DNA of 64,000 bases from an uncultured Candidatus Saccharibacteria bacterium (GCA_964453075.1 CAYVNM010000002.1:4279-68278); one strand, 5' to 3'. Shown: positions 1 to 12,024, counted from the first letter of the stretch. Notes: generated from the letters alone by a model not told the origin. Numbers and translations: made by a program.

Positions 1-1598
<1,598 letters not shown>

Positions 1599-1628
1599 TC
1601 ATTAAACCAAAATTAAAATAGAGCAACA

Positions 1629-2123
1629 CTAATATGACATTATAACCCCTCTTTCGTAGCGTCTTTGGGCTGTCACATCACAAGTATTGTAACCCCTAGA
1701 GTCAATAGTAGTTACAGTAGCTGGTCCAACACCTGATTTAGTGACTCTAACGATTGCGCACCCCTTAGGAAAATCAATCTTGAATATACTATTTGCACTA
1801 CCACCAACAACACTTGGTTGCGAAGGAATTGTAGGTACAGTCTGACTACCTGTAGTTATAGTCTGTCCGTTACAAATTATCGTTCCGGGTGTTACAGTGT
1901 CAAACTCACTAGAAGTACTATCTACAAGATCCCAATACACAGCACACTCGGTACCAGCATCAGCAGCATAGAAAGCATACTGAGATTCTTTGCCAGCATT
2001 AGCTAGGATCAATTGCTTTAAGGCCACATTAACAACAACAAAACTAACGATAAGAAGCATGGTTGTAATTATTATGGCTATAAGCAAAGTGAACCCTGAT
2101 TCTTGTATGCTTTTTTTTCTCAT
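1629..2123 (-). CDS. Pseudopilin / minor pilin with an atypical prepilin N-terminus (GFTLLIAI, no Glu at +5).
   Basis: N-terminal SGFTLLIAIIITTMLLIV hydrophobic class-III-like signal. It is the last of four pseudopilin genes downstream of pilD. Confidence 0.55.
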   Translation of the reverse strand: MRKKSIQESGFTLLIAIIITTMLLIVSFVVVNVALKQLILANAGKESQYAFYAADAGTECAVYWDLVDSTSSEFDTVTPGTIICNGQTITTGSQTVPTIPSQPSVVGGSANSIFKIDFPKGCAIVRVTKSGVGPATVTTIDSRGYNTCDVTAQRRYERGVIMSY

Positions 2124-2125
2124 AT

Positions 2126-2731
2126 CTATTGTCTGTTAAAAATGTTTTCTGTTATCTCAAATGATTTTGTACCCCATCTGCTGGTCCAACTCATCCTCAC
2201 TTTTATTTCTACTTCCCTTCCATCAACTACATTTCTAAGCTGTATTTCCCTCCTAAAAATAGTGGGTGTACCGGATTGATGACCAAACAAATCGTTGGGG
2301 CCTTTTAATAAAAATGGACAAGTACCAAAATCACCAGAACAAGCTTGTATGGTATCAGCCGGTAAAGCTGCCGTTACATCTACAATACAAGTTTTTCTAC
2401 CAATAGCACCCACACCGACACCAAACCAACAATCATCATTAGGAACATCTGAAATACCGGTCAACCATCTTGTCACCGTAGGTGACTCATTCAAGGATAT
2501 TAACGCATTTTCGTCTCGTTTGTTTTTTATAAATTCAACAGCTTCTTGAGCAAGATAGAAAGCTGTCGTTTGGTCCTTAGCTATTGAAGAATTCTGTAAA
2601 CTATTCTGTACAGCAGTAAATGTTGCCGCAATAGACATTGATAATATGCTAATAGCTACTAGCGATTCAACTAAGGTAAAACCGTACTTTTTAATATTTA
2701 ACCTATTTTCTTTTTTAAATATTCTATTCAT
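2126..2731 (-). CDS. Pseudopilin (prepilin-type N-terminal cleavage/methylation domain).
   Basis: KYGFTLVESLVAISIL prepilin motif, in a T4P operon. Confidence 0.7.
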   Translation of the reverse strand: MNRIFKKENRLNIKKYGFTLVESLVAISILSMSIAATFTAVQNSLQNSSIAKDQTTAFYLAQEAVEFIKNKRDENALISLNESPTVTRWLTGISDVPNDDCWFGVGVGAIGRKTCIVDVTAALPADTIQACSGDFGTCPFLLKGPNDLFGHQSGTPTIFRREIQLRNVVDGREVEIKVRMSWTSRWGTKSFEITENIFNRQ

Positions 2732-2740
2732 TGTGTTATC

Positions 2741-3337
2741 TTAATTTTGAGAATCAAAAACTCTTTGAGACACAGTCGTTTGTAGTAAGAAAGATGATCT
2801 ACTAGTTGGCTTAGAACCGGAATAACCACCAATGGTAATTATAACTTGTGGCTGAAGCACATTTGCCCCACCACTATATCCATACGAACCTATAACTCTA
2901 AAAGTTGTGGTAGCAATAAACACATCAGAAGACGTTAAGGCATAATCAGAACTATCAGTTCCAATCAAACTATCAACATCGCGTTTTATCTGACCATTAT
3001 CCAATTTGTAAGTGACAATATCTCCGTTTGAAGCTCTAACTACTATAGAGGATGCTCCAGAAGCACAATCATTTGGTGATGTTATTGGTGGTGTAGTATC
3101 CGCAACATCACAATGATAATTAGTGCCAAAACGAATAGTTCTAGTCATAGCTTCTATTGTAAAATTTAGATTATCCATGACCGTTCTCAGTGTTTGTGAT
3201 TTTCTGTTTGCATCCACTATGGTGACTATAGTACCCATACTTATGGTCATTACTATCATAAAAATAGAAACTGAAACCATTATTTCTATAAGAGTAAAAC
3301 CTTTTTGATTTTTTTTAGTATTTTTTAAAAAATCCAT
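2741..3337 (-). CDS. Pseudopilin (prepilin-type N-terminal domain).
   Basis: QKGFTLIEIMVSVSIFMIV motif. Confidence 0.7.
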   Translation of the reverse strand: MDFLKNTKKNQKGFTLIEIMVSVSIFMIVMTISMGTIVTIVDANRKSQTLRTVMDNLNFTIEAMTRTIRFGTNYHCDVADTTPPITSPNDCASGASSIVVRASNGDIVTYKLDNGQIKRDVDSLIGTDSSDYALTSSDVFIATTTFRVIGSYGYSGGANVLQPQVIITIGGYSGSKPTSRSSFLLQTTVSQRVFDSQN

Positions 3338-3350
3338 TTCATTGTAAATT

Positions 3351-3974
3351 TTATATTATTGGGCCCACCAAAATCTGACCGGTCCCTTCTATTGTTATTG
3401 TTAATTTCTTTCCTTTTGGTGAGGTCAACTCTACTTTACCAGTTAAAGACGGACCAGAGAGTGTTGTACCAGCATTATTAGTAAAAATAATATTTGCATC
3501 TGGATTTGGTCTGGTAAAACTTACATTCATAACCACACTACCGCCGGGAGAACAGGTCGAGGCATTACAAACATTGGATATAATGACACCGTTTCTTAAT
3601 GTTAATTTTTCAACACATTCAGTAGTAACACTCCCACAAGTTCCAGATCCGACATCATATTTTTTATTTGCCGGATCAACCAATAACGAATCCACAAAGA
3701 GATAATAGTTGGAAGGATCATTTTTATTAAAATAAACCCCATATGCCTTATCAAACAAGCCAGTATTTGATTTGACTTCCCTAACTGTCAGACCATATGT
3801 TTGAGCCTGCCTTATTGAAACTGCTAGTTCTTGTGCAGCAGAACTTAAAGCCAATCTGTCATTAAAAGAAGAATAATTAAAAAGAACCGTAAGCATAATA
3901 ACGGCAACAATAGAAAGAGAAACTAACATTTCAACTAAAGTAAAGCCATTTCTGTTTTTTTTGTTAAGAAACAT
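3351..3974 (-). CDS. Pseudopilin (prepilin-type N-terminal domain).
   Basis: RNGFTLVEMLVSLSIVAVI motif. Confidence 0.7.
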   Translation of the reverse strand: MFLNKKNRNGFTLVEMLVSLSIVAVIMLTVLFNYSSFNDRLALSSAAQELAVSIRQAQTYGLTVREVKSNTGLFDKAYGVYFNKNDPSNYYLFVDSLLVDPANKKYDVGSGTCGSVTTECVEKLTLRNGVIISNVCNASTCSPGGSVVMNVSFTRPNPDANIIFTNNAGTTLSGPSLTGKVELTSPKGKKLTITIEGTGQILVGPII

Positions 3975-3980
3975 AAAAAA

Positions 3981-4829
3981 TTAATTGAATAAACTCAAAA
4001 ACTCACCCAATCCCATAACATCTATACGCAACATAAAAACGATCATTATTGCAATGATTAAAAATGGAGCAAATGGAATTTCAGTTTTCATTCCTATCTT
4101 TGTATCATTACTTATTTTGCTATGAATTAAGAGGATAATACTCCACAAAGCCCCGAGCCAAAAAGCCAGTACTACGGAGCCCACACCAAAAACAAACCCA
4201 GACATTGCACCTATTCCAAAAACCAATTTTGCATCACCAAATCCGATCCATCTTCCACCAGACACCAGCCATAATAAAGCAAAAGGTATAAACAAAATAA
4301 ATGGTGCAGATAAATCAAACAAATCTACAGGTCCAAGTGAAAAATCCTTACAGTAAACAAAAATAAATAATTTCAAAAAGCTCAAAAAAATAAAAGTATA
4401 TACTAAGGTGTTTGGTATTATTTTATGTCGTATATCATAAAGCATCACCACTATCAACAAACTGAAAACAAAAGCGTAATAAATAAAGAATAAAACTGAA
4501 TAAATCAGTCCGTGTTCAAAGGCACCATATATTGGCCACAAGGCAACTTGTCTCATTGCTATCGCCAAAAAAACGAGACCAGTCAATAATTCAACTATTG
4601 GATATTGTATGGAAATACCGTTTTTACAAGAACGACATCTGCCTTTTAGAAAAAAATAACTTAAAATGGGTACTAATTCATACCACTCTAGTTCTTTGTC
4701 ACAAGAAAAACACCTAGATCTGCCTTTTGTAATAGACATACCTGTATTAAAACGGAAAGCTATTACATTTAGAAAACTACCTATTAAAGTACCAAAAACA
4801 AATATGTAAAAAAAATTTAGAGGATTCAT
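3981..4829 (-). CDS. pilD: Prepilin peptidase (A24 family) PilD.
   Basis: N-terminal CxxC...CxxC zinc knuckle (CFSCDKEL...CRSCKNG), polytopic membrane protein, and the GFGDAKL catalytic Asp motif. Sits immediately downstream of the pilins. Confidence 0.85.
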   Translation of the reverse strand: MNPLNFFYIFVFGTLIGSFLNVIAFRFNTGMSITKGRSRCFSCDKELEWYELVPILSYFFLKGRCRSCKNGISIQYPIVELLTGLVFLAIAMRQVALWPIYGAFEHGLIYSVLFFIYYAFVFSLLIVVMLYDIRHKIIPNTLVYTFIFLSFLKLFIFVYCKDFSLGPVDLFDLSAPFILFIPFALLWLVSGGRWIGFGDAKLVFGIGAMSGFVFGVGSVVLAFWLGALWSIILLIHSKISNDTKIGMKTEIPFAPFLIIAIMIVFMLRIDVMGLGEFLSLFN

Positions 4830-4905
4830 ATGTACTTATTATTATACATTGAAATTACATAAATAAAAACAAAAAAGTATAAAAACCAATTTTTGTGCTT
4901 TGATG

Positions 4906-5352
4906 TTATGGACAGACAGGTGCCACAACTGCGGAAGCAGAAACCTTAATTGATCCAGCACTATCTATACACCAGTGTTGACCAGTTTTAAGCGGAGAAC
5001 TAATAGCCCAAGCGCTGGAAGACTGAGAACATCTATCTCCTGTTGTATTGCCTGCACCGGCCTGTGAAGCCGCATTCAGCATACTTACGATTTTTGTATC
5101 ACTACAAACACCAGTACCCTGATCTCCTCCGGTAGTAAAATCAGTAGCATCAGTAAAGGTCAAAGCAATTTGTGATCTAGCATTATGAAGATTCTCCTTA
5201 ACAGCCGAATCACTACCTTTTCTTCTGGCGTCATTTAAGGAAGCCATCACTATAGACGACAATACCCCTATAATCGCTATAACCACGAGAAGTTCGATGA
5301 GTGTAAAACCTTTATTATATAATTTTACCATTTCGTTTTTAGTAAAAACCAA
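4906..5352 (-). CDS. Type IV pilin, paralogue 4.
   Basis: KGFTLIELLVVIAIIGVLSSIVMASLN prepilin leader plus hydrophobic helix. C-terminal Cys pair. Own extended -10 (TGTATAAT on the minus strand near 5383). Confidence 0.8.
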   Translation of the reverse strand: MVFTKNEMVKLYNKGFTLIELLVVIAIIGVLSSIVMASLNDARRKGSDSAVKENLHNARSQIALTFTDATDFTTGGDQGTGVCSDTKIVSMLNAASQAGAGNTTGDRCSQSSSAWAISSPLKTGQHWCIDSAGSIKVSASAVVAPVCP

Positions 5353-5443
5353 ACAAAAACTGTATTTTAATTATACATTGAAAATCATATAAGCAAAAAC
5401 CCAAAATCGAATATTTTTAACTTTTGGGTTTTTCAAACTGACA

Positions 5444-5974
5444 TTATTGGCAAACTGTACCTGTGGTACTAAGAGCTGTCATGTTTGCGGCTGTCTGACC
5501 TTCAGAGGAACCAGTTGAATCCACACACCATCCAGTAAAAGTACCTTCTGCTAATTTTAAAGTTGTATAGGCTGCCCATCCTGTGGCAGAAACATTACAG
5601 TAAGCAGTGGCACCAGCGGCAAAAGCTGCTGCAGCTACACCTGGACCAAGAACACCAGCACCAGTAGCTGCACAAACACCAGTTCCACCGGTCCAAGCAC
5701 CTGCAGAAGTAACTGAACCAGTACCTGCTGTTCCGTAAGTACCATTGCCTGTACCATCATAGTAAAGTGCTGCCTGAGCTCGAAGATTACCTAGATTAGA
5801 TTTTATGGCAGAGTTGGCCCCCTTACTTCTAGCCGTATTCAAGCTAGCTAATACCACAGACGAAAGAACACCTATAATCGCTATAACCACGAGAAGTTCG
5901 ATGAGTGTAAAACCTTTATTTAAACGAGTGACAAAAATATTACTCTTAAAAAAAATGTTTGTATATCTGCTCAT
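5444..5974 (-). CDS. Type IV pilin, paralogue 3, with an unusually long leader.
   Basis: ...TRLNKGFTLIELLVVIAIIGVLSSVVLASLNTARSKGANSAIKSNL. The only ATG gives a 21-aa leader (MSRYTNIFFKSNIFVTRLNKG). C-terminal WCVDSTG...CQ motif shared with paralogues 1 and 2. Terminator hairpin at 5396-5434. Confidence 0.75.
   Translation of the reverse strand: MSRYTNIFFKSNIFVTRLNKGFTLIELLVVIAIIGVLSSVVLASLNTARSKGANSAIKSNLGNLRAQAALYYDGTGNGTYGTAGTGSVTSAGAWTGGTGVCAATGAGVLGPGVAAAAFAAGATAYCNVSATGWAAYTTLKLAEGTFTGWCVDSTGSSEGQTAANMTALSTTGTVCQ
5830..5925. repeat. Near-identical roughly 90-bp block shared by the 5' ends of pilin paralogues 2 and 3 (also about 50 bp with paralogue 4).
   Basis: gccgtattcaagctagctaataccacagacgaaagaacacctataatcgctataaccacgagaagttcgatgagtgtaaaacctttatt occurs at 5835-5923 and 6347-6435. 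The 3' roughly 50 bp recurs at 5266-5320. Confidence 0.7.
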
Positions 5975-5995
5975 AAAAATAAAGAAAATAATAAT

Positions 5996-6439
5996 TTACT
6001 GACAGGCTGTACCTGTGGTACCTAAAGTTGTAACATTAGCTGCTGTTTGACCCTTTGATGCTCCAGTACTGTCTACACACCATGTTGTAAATGTTCCTTC
6101 TGTAGCTTTCAAAACAGAATAAGCTGCCCATGCTCCAGCTGCATCATTACAATCATTGGTAGCAGTACCAATAGTTCCACCACCAGCAGTAGCTGCAGCC
6201 GCCATAGCTGCTACAACTTGAGTATTAGTACAGACGTTATCATAACTTCCGCTGTCGTTATCATAAACCAGCTCAGCCTGTGCACGAATGTTAGCCAAGT
6301 TTGATTTAACAGCCGAATTTGAACCTTTAGCTCTCGCCGTATTCAAGCTAGCTAATACCACAGACGAAAGAACACCTATAATCGCTATAACCACGAGAAG
6401 TTCGATGAGTGTAAAACCTTTATTTAATCTTGTTTTCAT
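5996..6439 (-). CDS. Type IV pilin, paralogue 2.
   Basis: MKTRLNKGFTLIELLVVIAIIGVLSSVVLASLNTARAKG...WCVDSTG...TACQ. Confidence 0.85.
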   Translation of the reverse strand: MKTRLNKGFTLIELLVVIAIIGVLSSVVLASLNTARAKGSNSAVKSNLANIRAQAELVYDNDSGSYDNVCTNTQVVAAMAAAATAGGGTIGTATNDCNDAAGAWAAYSVLKATEGTFTTWCVDSTGASKGQTAANVTTLGTTGTACQ

Positions 6440-6598
6440 AAAAAAATGATTTATTAAAATATTAAAATCAATAATATCAATTATACTAGATATACTGGTT
6501 ATTTATCAAAACACCTGTTGATAACTGTTTGCGACTTATAAACTCAAAGAACCGGCAAAAACCGGTTCTTTGAGTAACAAATTTAAAGAAAATAATTC

Positions 6599-7048
6599 CT
6601 ACTGACAAGCGTAAGAGTTAGAAGCCAAATAACCTCCCGTGATTTGTTTTGATGCTCCAGTACTATCAACACACCAACTGTTAGCAGGCGTTTGCTTCAA
6701 AGGTGAGTTAGCTGCCCATGCTCCAGCCGAGTCATGACAAACTGCAGTAGAAATAGATCCTGCAGTAGCTGCAGTAGTTGATGTTCCTACACCAGCTGCA
6801 GTAGCAGCCGCATTCAACTGTGCCAAAACGTTAGCGTTTGTACAAATACCAGTATAGTTGCCGTTAGAATCGTAAAGAATCTCAGCTTGTGCACGAATGT
6901 TGGCTAAGTTTGATTTAATTGCTGCATCTGAACCCTTACCTCGGGCTGTGTTTAGTGACGCAAGAACAACTGATGAAAGAATTCCTATAATGGCGATAAC
7001 AACTAGCAACTCAATAAGTGTAAAACCTCTATTTAATCTTGTTTTCAT
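6599..7048 (-). CDS. Type IV pilin, paralogue 1 (first in the operon, followed by its own terminator). Likely the major pilin.
   Basis: MKTRLNRGFTLIELLVVIAIIGILSSVVLASLNTARGKG...WCVDSTG...YACQ. Strong hairpin terminator ctcaaagaaccggcaaaaaccggttctttgag at 6544-6575. Confidence 0.85.
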   Translation of the reverse strand: MKTRLNRGFTLIELLVVIAIIGILSSVVLASLNTARGKGSDAAIKSNLANIRAQAEILYDSNGNYTGICTNANVLAQLNAAATAAGVGTSTTAATAGSISTAVCHDSAGAWAANSPLKQTPANSWCVDSTGASKQITGGYLASNSYACQ

Positions 7049-7213
7049 ATTAAATGATAAATTTTAATTATTAATAAATTTTATAATATATAATTACTTA
7101 ATTCGACCATCTCTCTCTTTACAGAGAATTCCGTTTATTCAAAGGATAGCTATATTATACGGCTATATTTGAGCAGTGAAAAGAGGTGCTGTGGATAAGC
7201 GAGATTTTTGAGG

Positions 7214-8416
7214 TTAGAATGAGGCGATATTATAAATAGGCATAAGTACAGCAGCAAGTAGTATACCTACCCCAAGACCTAGCGCTACAATCATTACTGG
7301 CTCAATAAGACCAACCAAAGTATCAACCGCTGTTATAACTTCACGCTGATAGAATTTGGCCAAAGATTTCAAAATATTACCCAATTCTCCTGTCTCCTCC
7401 CCAACTTTTATCATTTGAGTCATAAGATTTGATATCTCCTTATGTTGACTAAATGCGTTAGAAAGAGAAACTCCTTCCTTAACTTTTACCAAAGCATCAT
7501 CCAGTACGGCTTTATATATACGATTATCCACAACGGAAGCCGTGATTTCCAAAGCTTTCAGTATTGGAATACCACTCATAATCATTGTATTCATGTTGTC
7601 AGCAATACGTGAAAGATAGAGTTTGTTATACAAATTACCTATGTACGGCACCCTGAGGCGTAGTTCATCAAAAAATATAGCCCCCTCCTCTGTTCTGTAA
7701 TACCTCCAAGCCAAGAATCCTGCAACAACCACACCTGCACCAAGGAATATACTATAATTTACAAACACATTACTTATTCCAAGAACTATCTTTGTGTAAA
7801 AAGGAACTTCTTGACCAGAATCAGTTATCATCAGAGCTATTTTAGGAATAATGAAGGTAAGCATCAAAACCATAACTCCTACGAAAGTGGCAATAACGAA
7901 GGCAGGATAAACCAAGGCATTACGAGCTTTTGAAGTGACTTCATACGTTCTATCCAAATAATCAGCCAGATAATTAAATATTTCATCCAATTTTCCTGAT
8001 TCCTCCCCAGAACGAACCATATTTACATAGAAAGTAGAGAAAGCATCTGGGTATTTATTCAAAGCCTGAGAAATAGATGTTCCGCCCTGCAAATCCTCCG
8101 CTATACTTGTTAAGTATTTCTGCAAAATAGTATTATCCGCCTGGGCACTAAGCAATCTAAAAACTCTAAGGGCTGAGACCTGTGCCTGGAATAAAGTAGC
8201 TATCTGTCTTGATAATATAACTATGTCTTTATTGGATACATGAGTGAAAAAAGAAAAAAGATTTGTTTGTAATATATCTTTTTCCTCACCATGAATTTCA
8301 GAAATAATGAGACCTCTTTTTTGTAATTGACTTATAGCCACATCAACATTGATGGCCTCAATGACTCCGGCTGTTTGTTCCCCTTTTTCGTTAAAAGCTT
8401 TGTAGTTAAATACCAT
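7214..8416 (-). CDS. pilC: Type IV pilus assembly platform protein PilC (GspF family).
   Basis: 400 aa with two T2SS-F repeats and three TM segments. Position between pilT and the pilins. Confidence 0.8.
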   Translation of the reverse strand: MVFNYKAFNEKGEQTAGVIEAINVDVAISQLQKRGLIISEIHGEEKDILQTNLFSFFTHVSNKDIVILSRQIATLFQAQVSALRVFRLLSAQADNTILQKYLTSIAEDLQGGTSISQALNKYPDAFSTFYVNMVRSGEESGKLDEIFNYLADYLDRTYEVTSKARNALVYPAFVIATFVGVMVLMLTFIIPKIALMITDSGQEVPFYTKIVLGISNVFVNYSIFLGAGVVVAGFLAWRYYRTEEGAIFFDELRLRVPYIGNLYNKLYLSRIADNMNTMIMSGIPILKALEITASVVDNRIYKAVLDDALVKVKEGVSLSNAFSQHKEISNLMTQMIKVGEETGELGNILKSLAKFYQREVITAVDTLVGLIEPVMIVALGLGVGILLAAVLMPIYNIASF

Positions 8417-8420
8417 ATTT

Positions 8421-9488
8421 TTATAACATTTTATCTAGACCTTTTTGATTTTGAGAATACAAATAAGCATTTTCTATTGTTATTTCTCCTGCCCTTACTA
8501 AATCGCTTAAGTATCTGTTCAAATCTATCATTCCTTGATCAGAACCTGTCTCTATAACCAAACCAATCTCATGAACTCTGTTGTCACGAATTAGATTTGC
8601 TACTGCACTATTATTTATCAATAACTCCACTGCTGGAATAAGCCCTCCAGACACTCTTGGGATAAGTCTTTGTGAAAATATTCCAATAAGACTCGAGGCT
8701 AGCTGTGTACGAATTTGGGTTTGTTGTCTAGTATCAAAGGAATCTATTATACGTTCTATGGTCTGTGCGGCATTATTCGTATGCATGGTAGAAAATACCA
8801 AGTGACCAGTCTCCGCAGCAGTCACTGCTGTAGATATATCATCCGGAGTCCTCATTTCTCCCACCATGAGAACATCTATATCTTGACGAAAAGCGCCATG
8901 AAGAGCTGTACGAAAATCTGGAGTGTCCTGTAAAACTTCTCGTTGATCTATAATTGATTTTTTTGATTCAAAAATGAATTCAACTGGATCCTCAATAGTA
9001 ATAATGTGCTCAAGTCTCTGCAAATTAATCTGTTCAATCATAGATGCCATGGTAGTACTCTTGCCATGACCCGTAGGTCCCACTATAAGAAAAAAACCTT
9101 GCTGTTTATTGGTAAAAGTTTCCAAAATGTCAGGCAATCTTAACTCATCAAATGTCTTTATTTTTTTAGGAACCAAACGTAAAGCAACACTTATTTTGTC
9201 CATCTGAAAAAAGGCATTTCCTCTGAACCTAGCGTTATTGTTGTCATAATAAGCAAAATCAACCTCTCTTTTTTCTAAAAATATTTCCTTCTTCTGAACA
9301 TCTAGCACTTCGTCTAGTATGTTTTTCATATCTTGCTTGGTTAATTCTGGATGAGTTGATAGTGGTATAAGAAATCCATTACTACGAATAATAGGCTTAC
9401 GTCCCTCTGCCAAATGCAAATCCGAAGCTTCTTCTTTCAAAACTATGGAAATCAAACTATCAAATTCTTTTTTATAATCAGAAGACAT
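8421..9488 (-). CDS. pilT: Twitching-motility / retraction ATPase PilT.
   Basis: 355 aa with Walker A GPTGHGKSTT and PilT-like Asp/His boxes. Confidence 0.8.
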   Translation of the reverse strand: MSSDYKKEFDSLISIVLKEEASDLHLAEGRKPIIRSNGFLIPLSTHPELTKQDMKNILDEVLDVQKKEIFLEKREVDFAYYDNNNARFRGNAFFQMDKISVALRLVPKKIKTFDELRLPDILETFTNKQQGFFLIVGPTGHGKSTTMASMIEQINLQRLEHIITIEDPVEFIFESKKSIIDQREVLQDTPDFRTALHGAFRQDIDVLMVGEMRTPDDISTAVTAAETGHLVFSTMHTNNAAQTIERIIDSFDTRQQTQIRTQLASSLIGIFSQRLIPRVSGGLIPAVELLINNSAVANLIRDNRVHEIGLVIETGSDQGMIDLNRYLSDLVRAGEITIENAYLYSQNQKGLDKML

Positions 9489-9877
9489 TATTTTTTATTT
9501 TTATTTTTATAAATATCCAATACTTGCCCAACTACTTCGGAAGGTATGGTGGTTGCCTTGATAATATAACCATCTATCACTAAAGCCTTAGCTTTATCAA
9601 CATCTTCTGACTGGTTGGTTAGCATAATGACAATTGCATTTGGACATAACTTCTCACTTCTTATAGTTTTTAACAACTCTAAACCATCCATTGTCGGCAT
9701 TATTATGTCCAAAATTATAATATCGTAGATATTTCCCCCTCTTAATTTATCCAAAGCACCCAAACTACTAGCTACGGGATCTATGTCTACATTAGCTTTT
9801 TTGAATTTCAAAGAGTACATGTCCAGAAGAAACCGATCATCATCCACAAGAAGAACTTTTAAATTATTATTTTCCAT
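9488..9877 (-). CDS. Single-domain response regulator (CheY-like receiver).
   Basis: KVLLVDDD...ILDIIMPTMDG...IVIMLTN receiver motifs. 129 aa. Embedded between pilB and pilT. Confidence 0.8.
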   Translation of the reverse strand: MENNNLKVLLVDDDRFLLDMYSLKFKKANVDIDPVASSLGALDKLRGGNIYDIIILDIIMPTMDGLELLKTIRSEKLCPNAIVIMLTNQSEDVDKAKALVIDGYIIKATTIPSEVVGQVLDIYKNKNKK

Positions 9878-9896
9878 GACGTTTTATTATACAGAA

Positions 9897-11621
9897 TTAT
9901 AACACATTAACCTCTTCAAAAGGAATTACTCTATGCATAGTTTTTAGTATTGCATCCTCTTTCATTGTGAGCATACCTTGTCCTCTGACTACTTTTGTAA
10001 TTTCAAGTTCTGTAGGATTTTTTAAAATCACTTCCTCCAACTCATCAGTCATCTTGAACACCTCAACTACTGCTATACGACCTCTTGTACCGTTTGGACA
10101 ATCAGCTGTTTCACTTGCTTTATAAACTTTATCAGTGAAATCAAGTCCTTTTTTAAATTCTAACGGCAAATCTTTGAATTGATCGTCTATCATTGCTTTG
10201 ATACTACCCTCTACAGGTATAGCCTCACCCGCATCTGGACAAAGACCAAGTGCCAACCTTTGAGCCATAGCAAGAATAAGAGTAGGTGCTATAAGATAAG
10301 GATCGATACCCATATCAATAAGTCTAGGAATAACACCCACTGCACTGTTGGTGTGGATAGTTGATAACACCAAGTGACCAGTTAGAGCAGCTTGAATAGC
10401 TAGTTGTGCCGTCTCCTTGTCTCGAATCTCACCCACCATGATAACATCTGGGTCCTGACGCAAAGTCGTTCGGAGTCCTGTAGCAAAGGTATATCCGATT
10501 TCTGATTGAACCTGTGACTGAGATATTCCCTCTATGTTGTATTCAATAGGGTCTTCCAAAGATAATACGTTCTGATGTTCCCTATCCAACTCATTCAACA
10601 TAGAATAAAGAGTTGTGGTCTTTCCAGAGCCAGTAGGTCCTGATATAAGTATCAATCCGTAAGATCTTTTGATTGCCTCTCTAACCAAATCTATGTTTCT
10701 TTGACTCATTCCTATATCTTCCATCTTCTTAACCCCCTTTTCCTGATCCAAAAGTCTCATCACGACTTTTTCTCCAAAATATGTTGGAAATGTAGACACA
10801 CGAAAATCAATTTTCCTTCCCTCTACTCTCGCAGTAAACCTTCCGTCTTGTGGTTTACGCTTTTCATCCAATCTCATACCATTGGTAAGAATTTTTATAC
10901 GAGCGACAAGAGCCGAGTGTATTTTTGTAGGCAAAACTAGACTGGTATTCATAATACCATCAACACGGAAACGAACTTTTACACTTTCTCTCCATGGTTC
11001 TATGTGTATATCTGAGGCATTTCCATCCGTAGCATATCTCAATATTGTTGCTACAATTTTTGTAATTGGAGCATCCTCAGTTATAGCTTGTATATCTTCT
11101 TCTGTATAATTTTCTTTTTTCTCTTTCTCTAATCTATTTTCTGTTTCCGTTTTTAATTCTATTTCTAGTTCAGACAAGGATTTGGACACTTCGTTGGAAA
11201 AACCTTTATACAGAGCAAATGCTTTTGAAAAGTCTGTCTCTGTAATGAGAAATATCTTGAAAGGCATGCCTATCTTCGAAGATATGAAATTCAAAGCATC
11301 CCTAGCCTCAATGTCATCAGGATTGACCATTCCTATTTCCAGTACCCCATTGGCAACTTTTATAGGTATTATTCTGTAATGATTAGCAGAATCTTCTGGT
11401 ATATAACTCAATGTATCCTGAGAAACATCATGCTCCTCAAGACTTTTAACAGGAATATCAAAATACTCGCCTTTTGCAGACAATATATCTTTTACAGAAA
11501 CACCTTTTTTTACAAGAACCTCCTCAATGGTCAGACCGGACGAAGTAGATTCTTTTGTAATTTTCTCAATGTCTTCCTGTAAAATAACTTTTTTCTTAGC
11601 AAGTATTTGAAGTATATCCAT
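9897..11621 (-). CDS. pilB: Type IV pilus assembly ATPase PilB (GspE family).
   Basis: 574 aa with a GSPII_E N-domain, Walker A GPTGSGKTTT, and Asp/His boxes. Confidence 0.85.
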   Translation of the reverse strand: MDILQILAKKKVILQEDIEKITKESTSSGLTIEEVLVKKGVSVKDILSAKGEYFDIPVKSLEEHDVSQDTLSYIPEDSANHYRIIPIKVANGVLEIGMVNPDDIEARDALNFISSKIGMPFKIFLITETDFSKAFALYKGFSNEVSKSLSELEIELKTETENRLEKEKKENYTEEDIQAITEDAPITKIVATILRYATDGNASDIHIEPWRESVKVRFRVDGIMNTSLVLPTKIHSALVARIKILTNGMRLDEKRKPQDGRFTARVEGRKIDFRVSTFPTYFGEKVVMRLLDQEKGVKKMEDIGMSQRNIDLVREAIKRSYGLILISGPTGSGKTTTLYSMLNELDREHQNVLSLEDPIEYNIEGISQSQVQSEIGYTFATGLRTTLRQDPDVIMVGEIRDKETAQLAIQAALTGHLVLSTIHTNSAVGVIPRLIDMGIDPYLIAPTLILAMAQRLALGLCPDAGEAIPVEGSIKAMIDDQFKDLPLEFKKGLDFTDKVYKASETADCPNGTRGRIAVVEVFKMTDELEEVILKNPTELEITKVVRGQGMLTMKEDAILKTMHRVIPFEEVNVL

Positions 11622-11654
11622 AAATTACCTGTAAACTTAAGCTGTATGTAAAAA

Positions 11655-12020
11655 CTACCTTGTTCTACTCGAGCTTGCTGTTTGTGTTTGGGTCTGTGAT
11701 ACAAAAGCAGAATTATCAAAACCTATAGCTGCGAAAGGATTGGGTCTACCTGTAGCTTCTGGAAATATATTTACTGTAAAATCCATTAGACTAGTAAATG
11801 ATCGATCTTCGAATATCTCTTGTGTTATTGAAATTCTTTGTAATCTATCTACTAAAGATAATATTTCTTGCCCAGCCAAATCTGTTGGGTTCAGAGCTTC
11901 TTCTACCCCATCTACAACAACCGCAACTTGCGACTCTCCAGAAAAAGCCCTATAGCCCCAGAAAATCACCAAAAAAGCTACACATCCTCCTATTATCATT
12001 TTTTGTGTTTTTACGGACAT
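11655..12020 (-). CDS. Small membrane-anchored T4P-associated protein (PilP-like position).
   Basis: Single N-terminal TM helix. Location between pilO and pilB. Confidence 0.4.
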   Translation of the reverse strand: MSVKTQKMIIGGCVAFLVIFWGYRAFSGESQVAVVVDGVEEALNPTDLAGQEILSLVDRLQRISITQEIFEDRSFTSLMDFTVNIFPEATGRPNPFAAIGFDNSAFVSQTQTQTASSSRTR

Positions 12021-12024
12021 AGTA

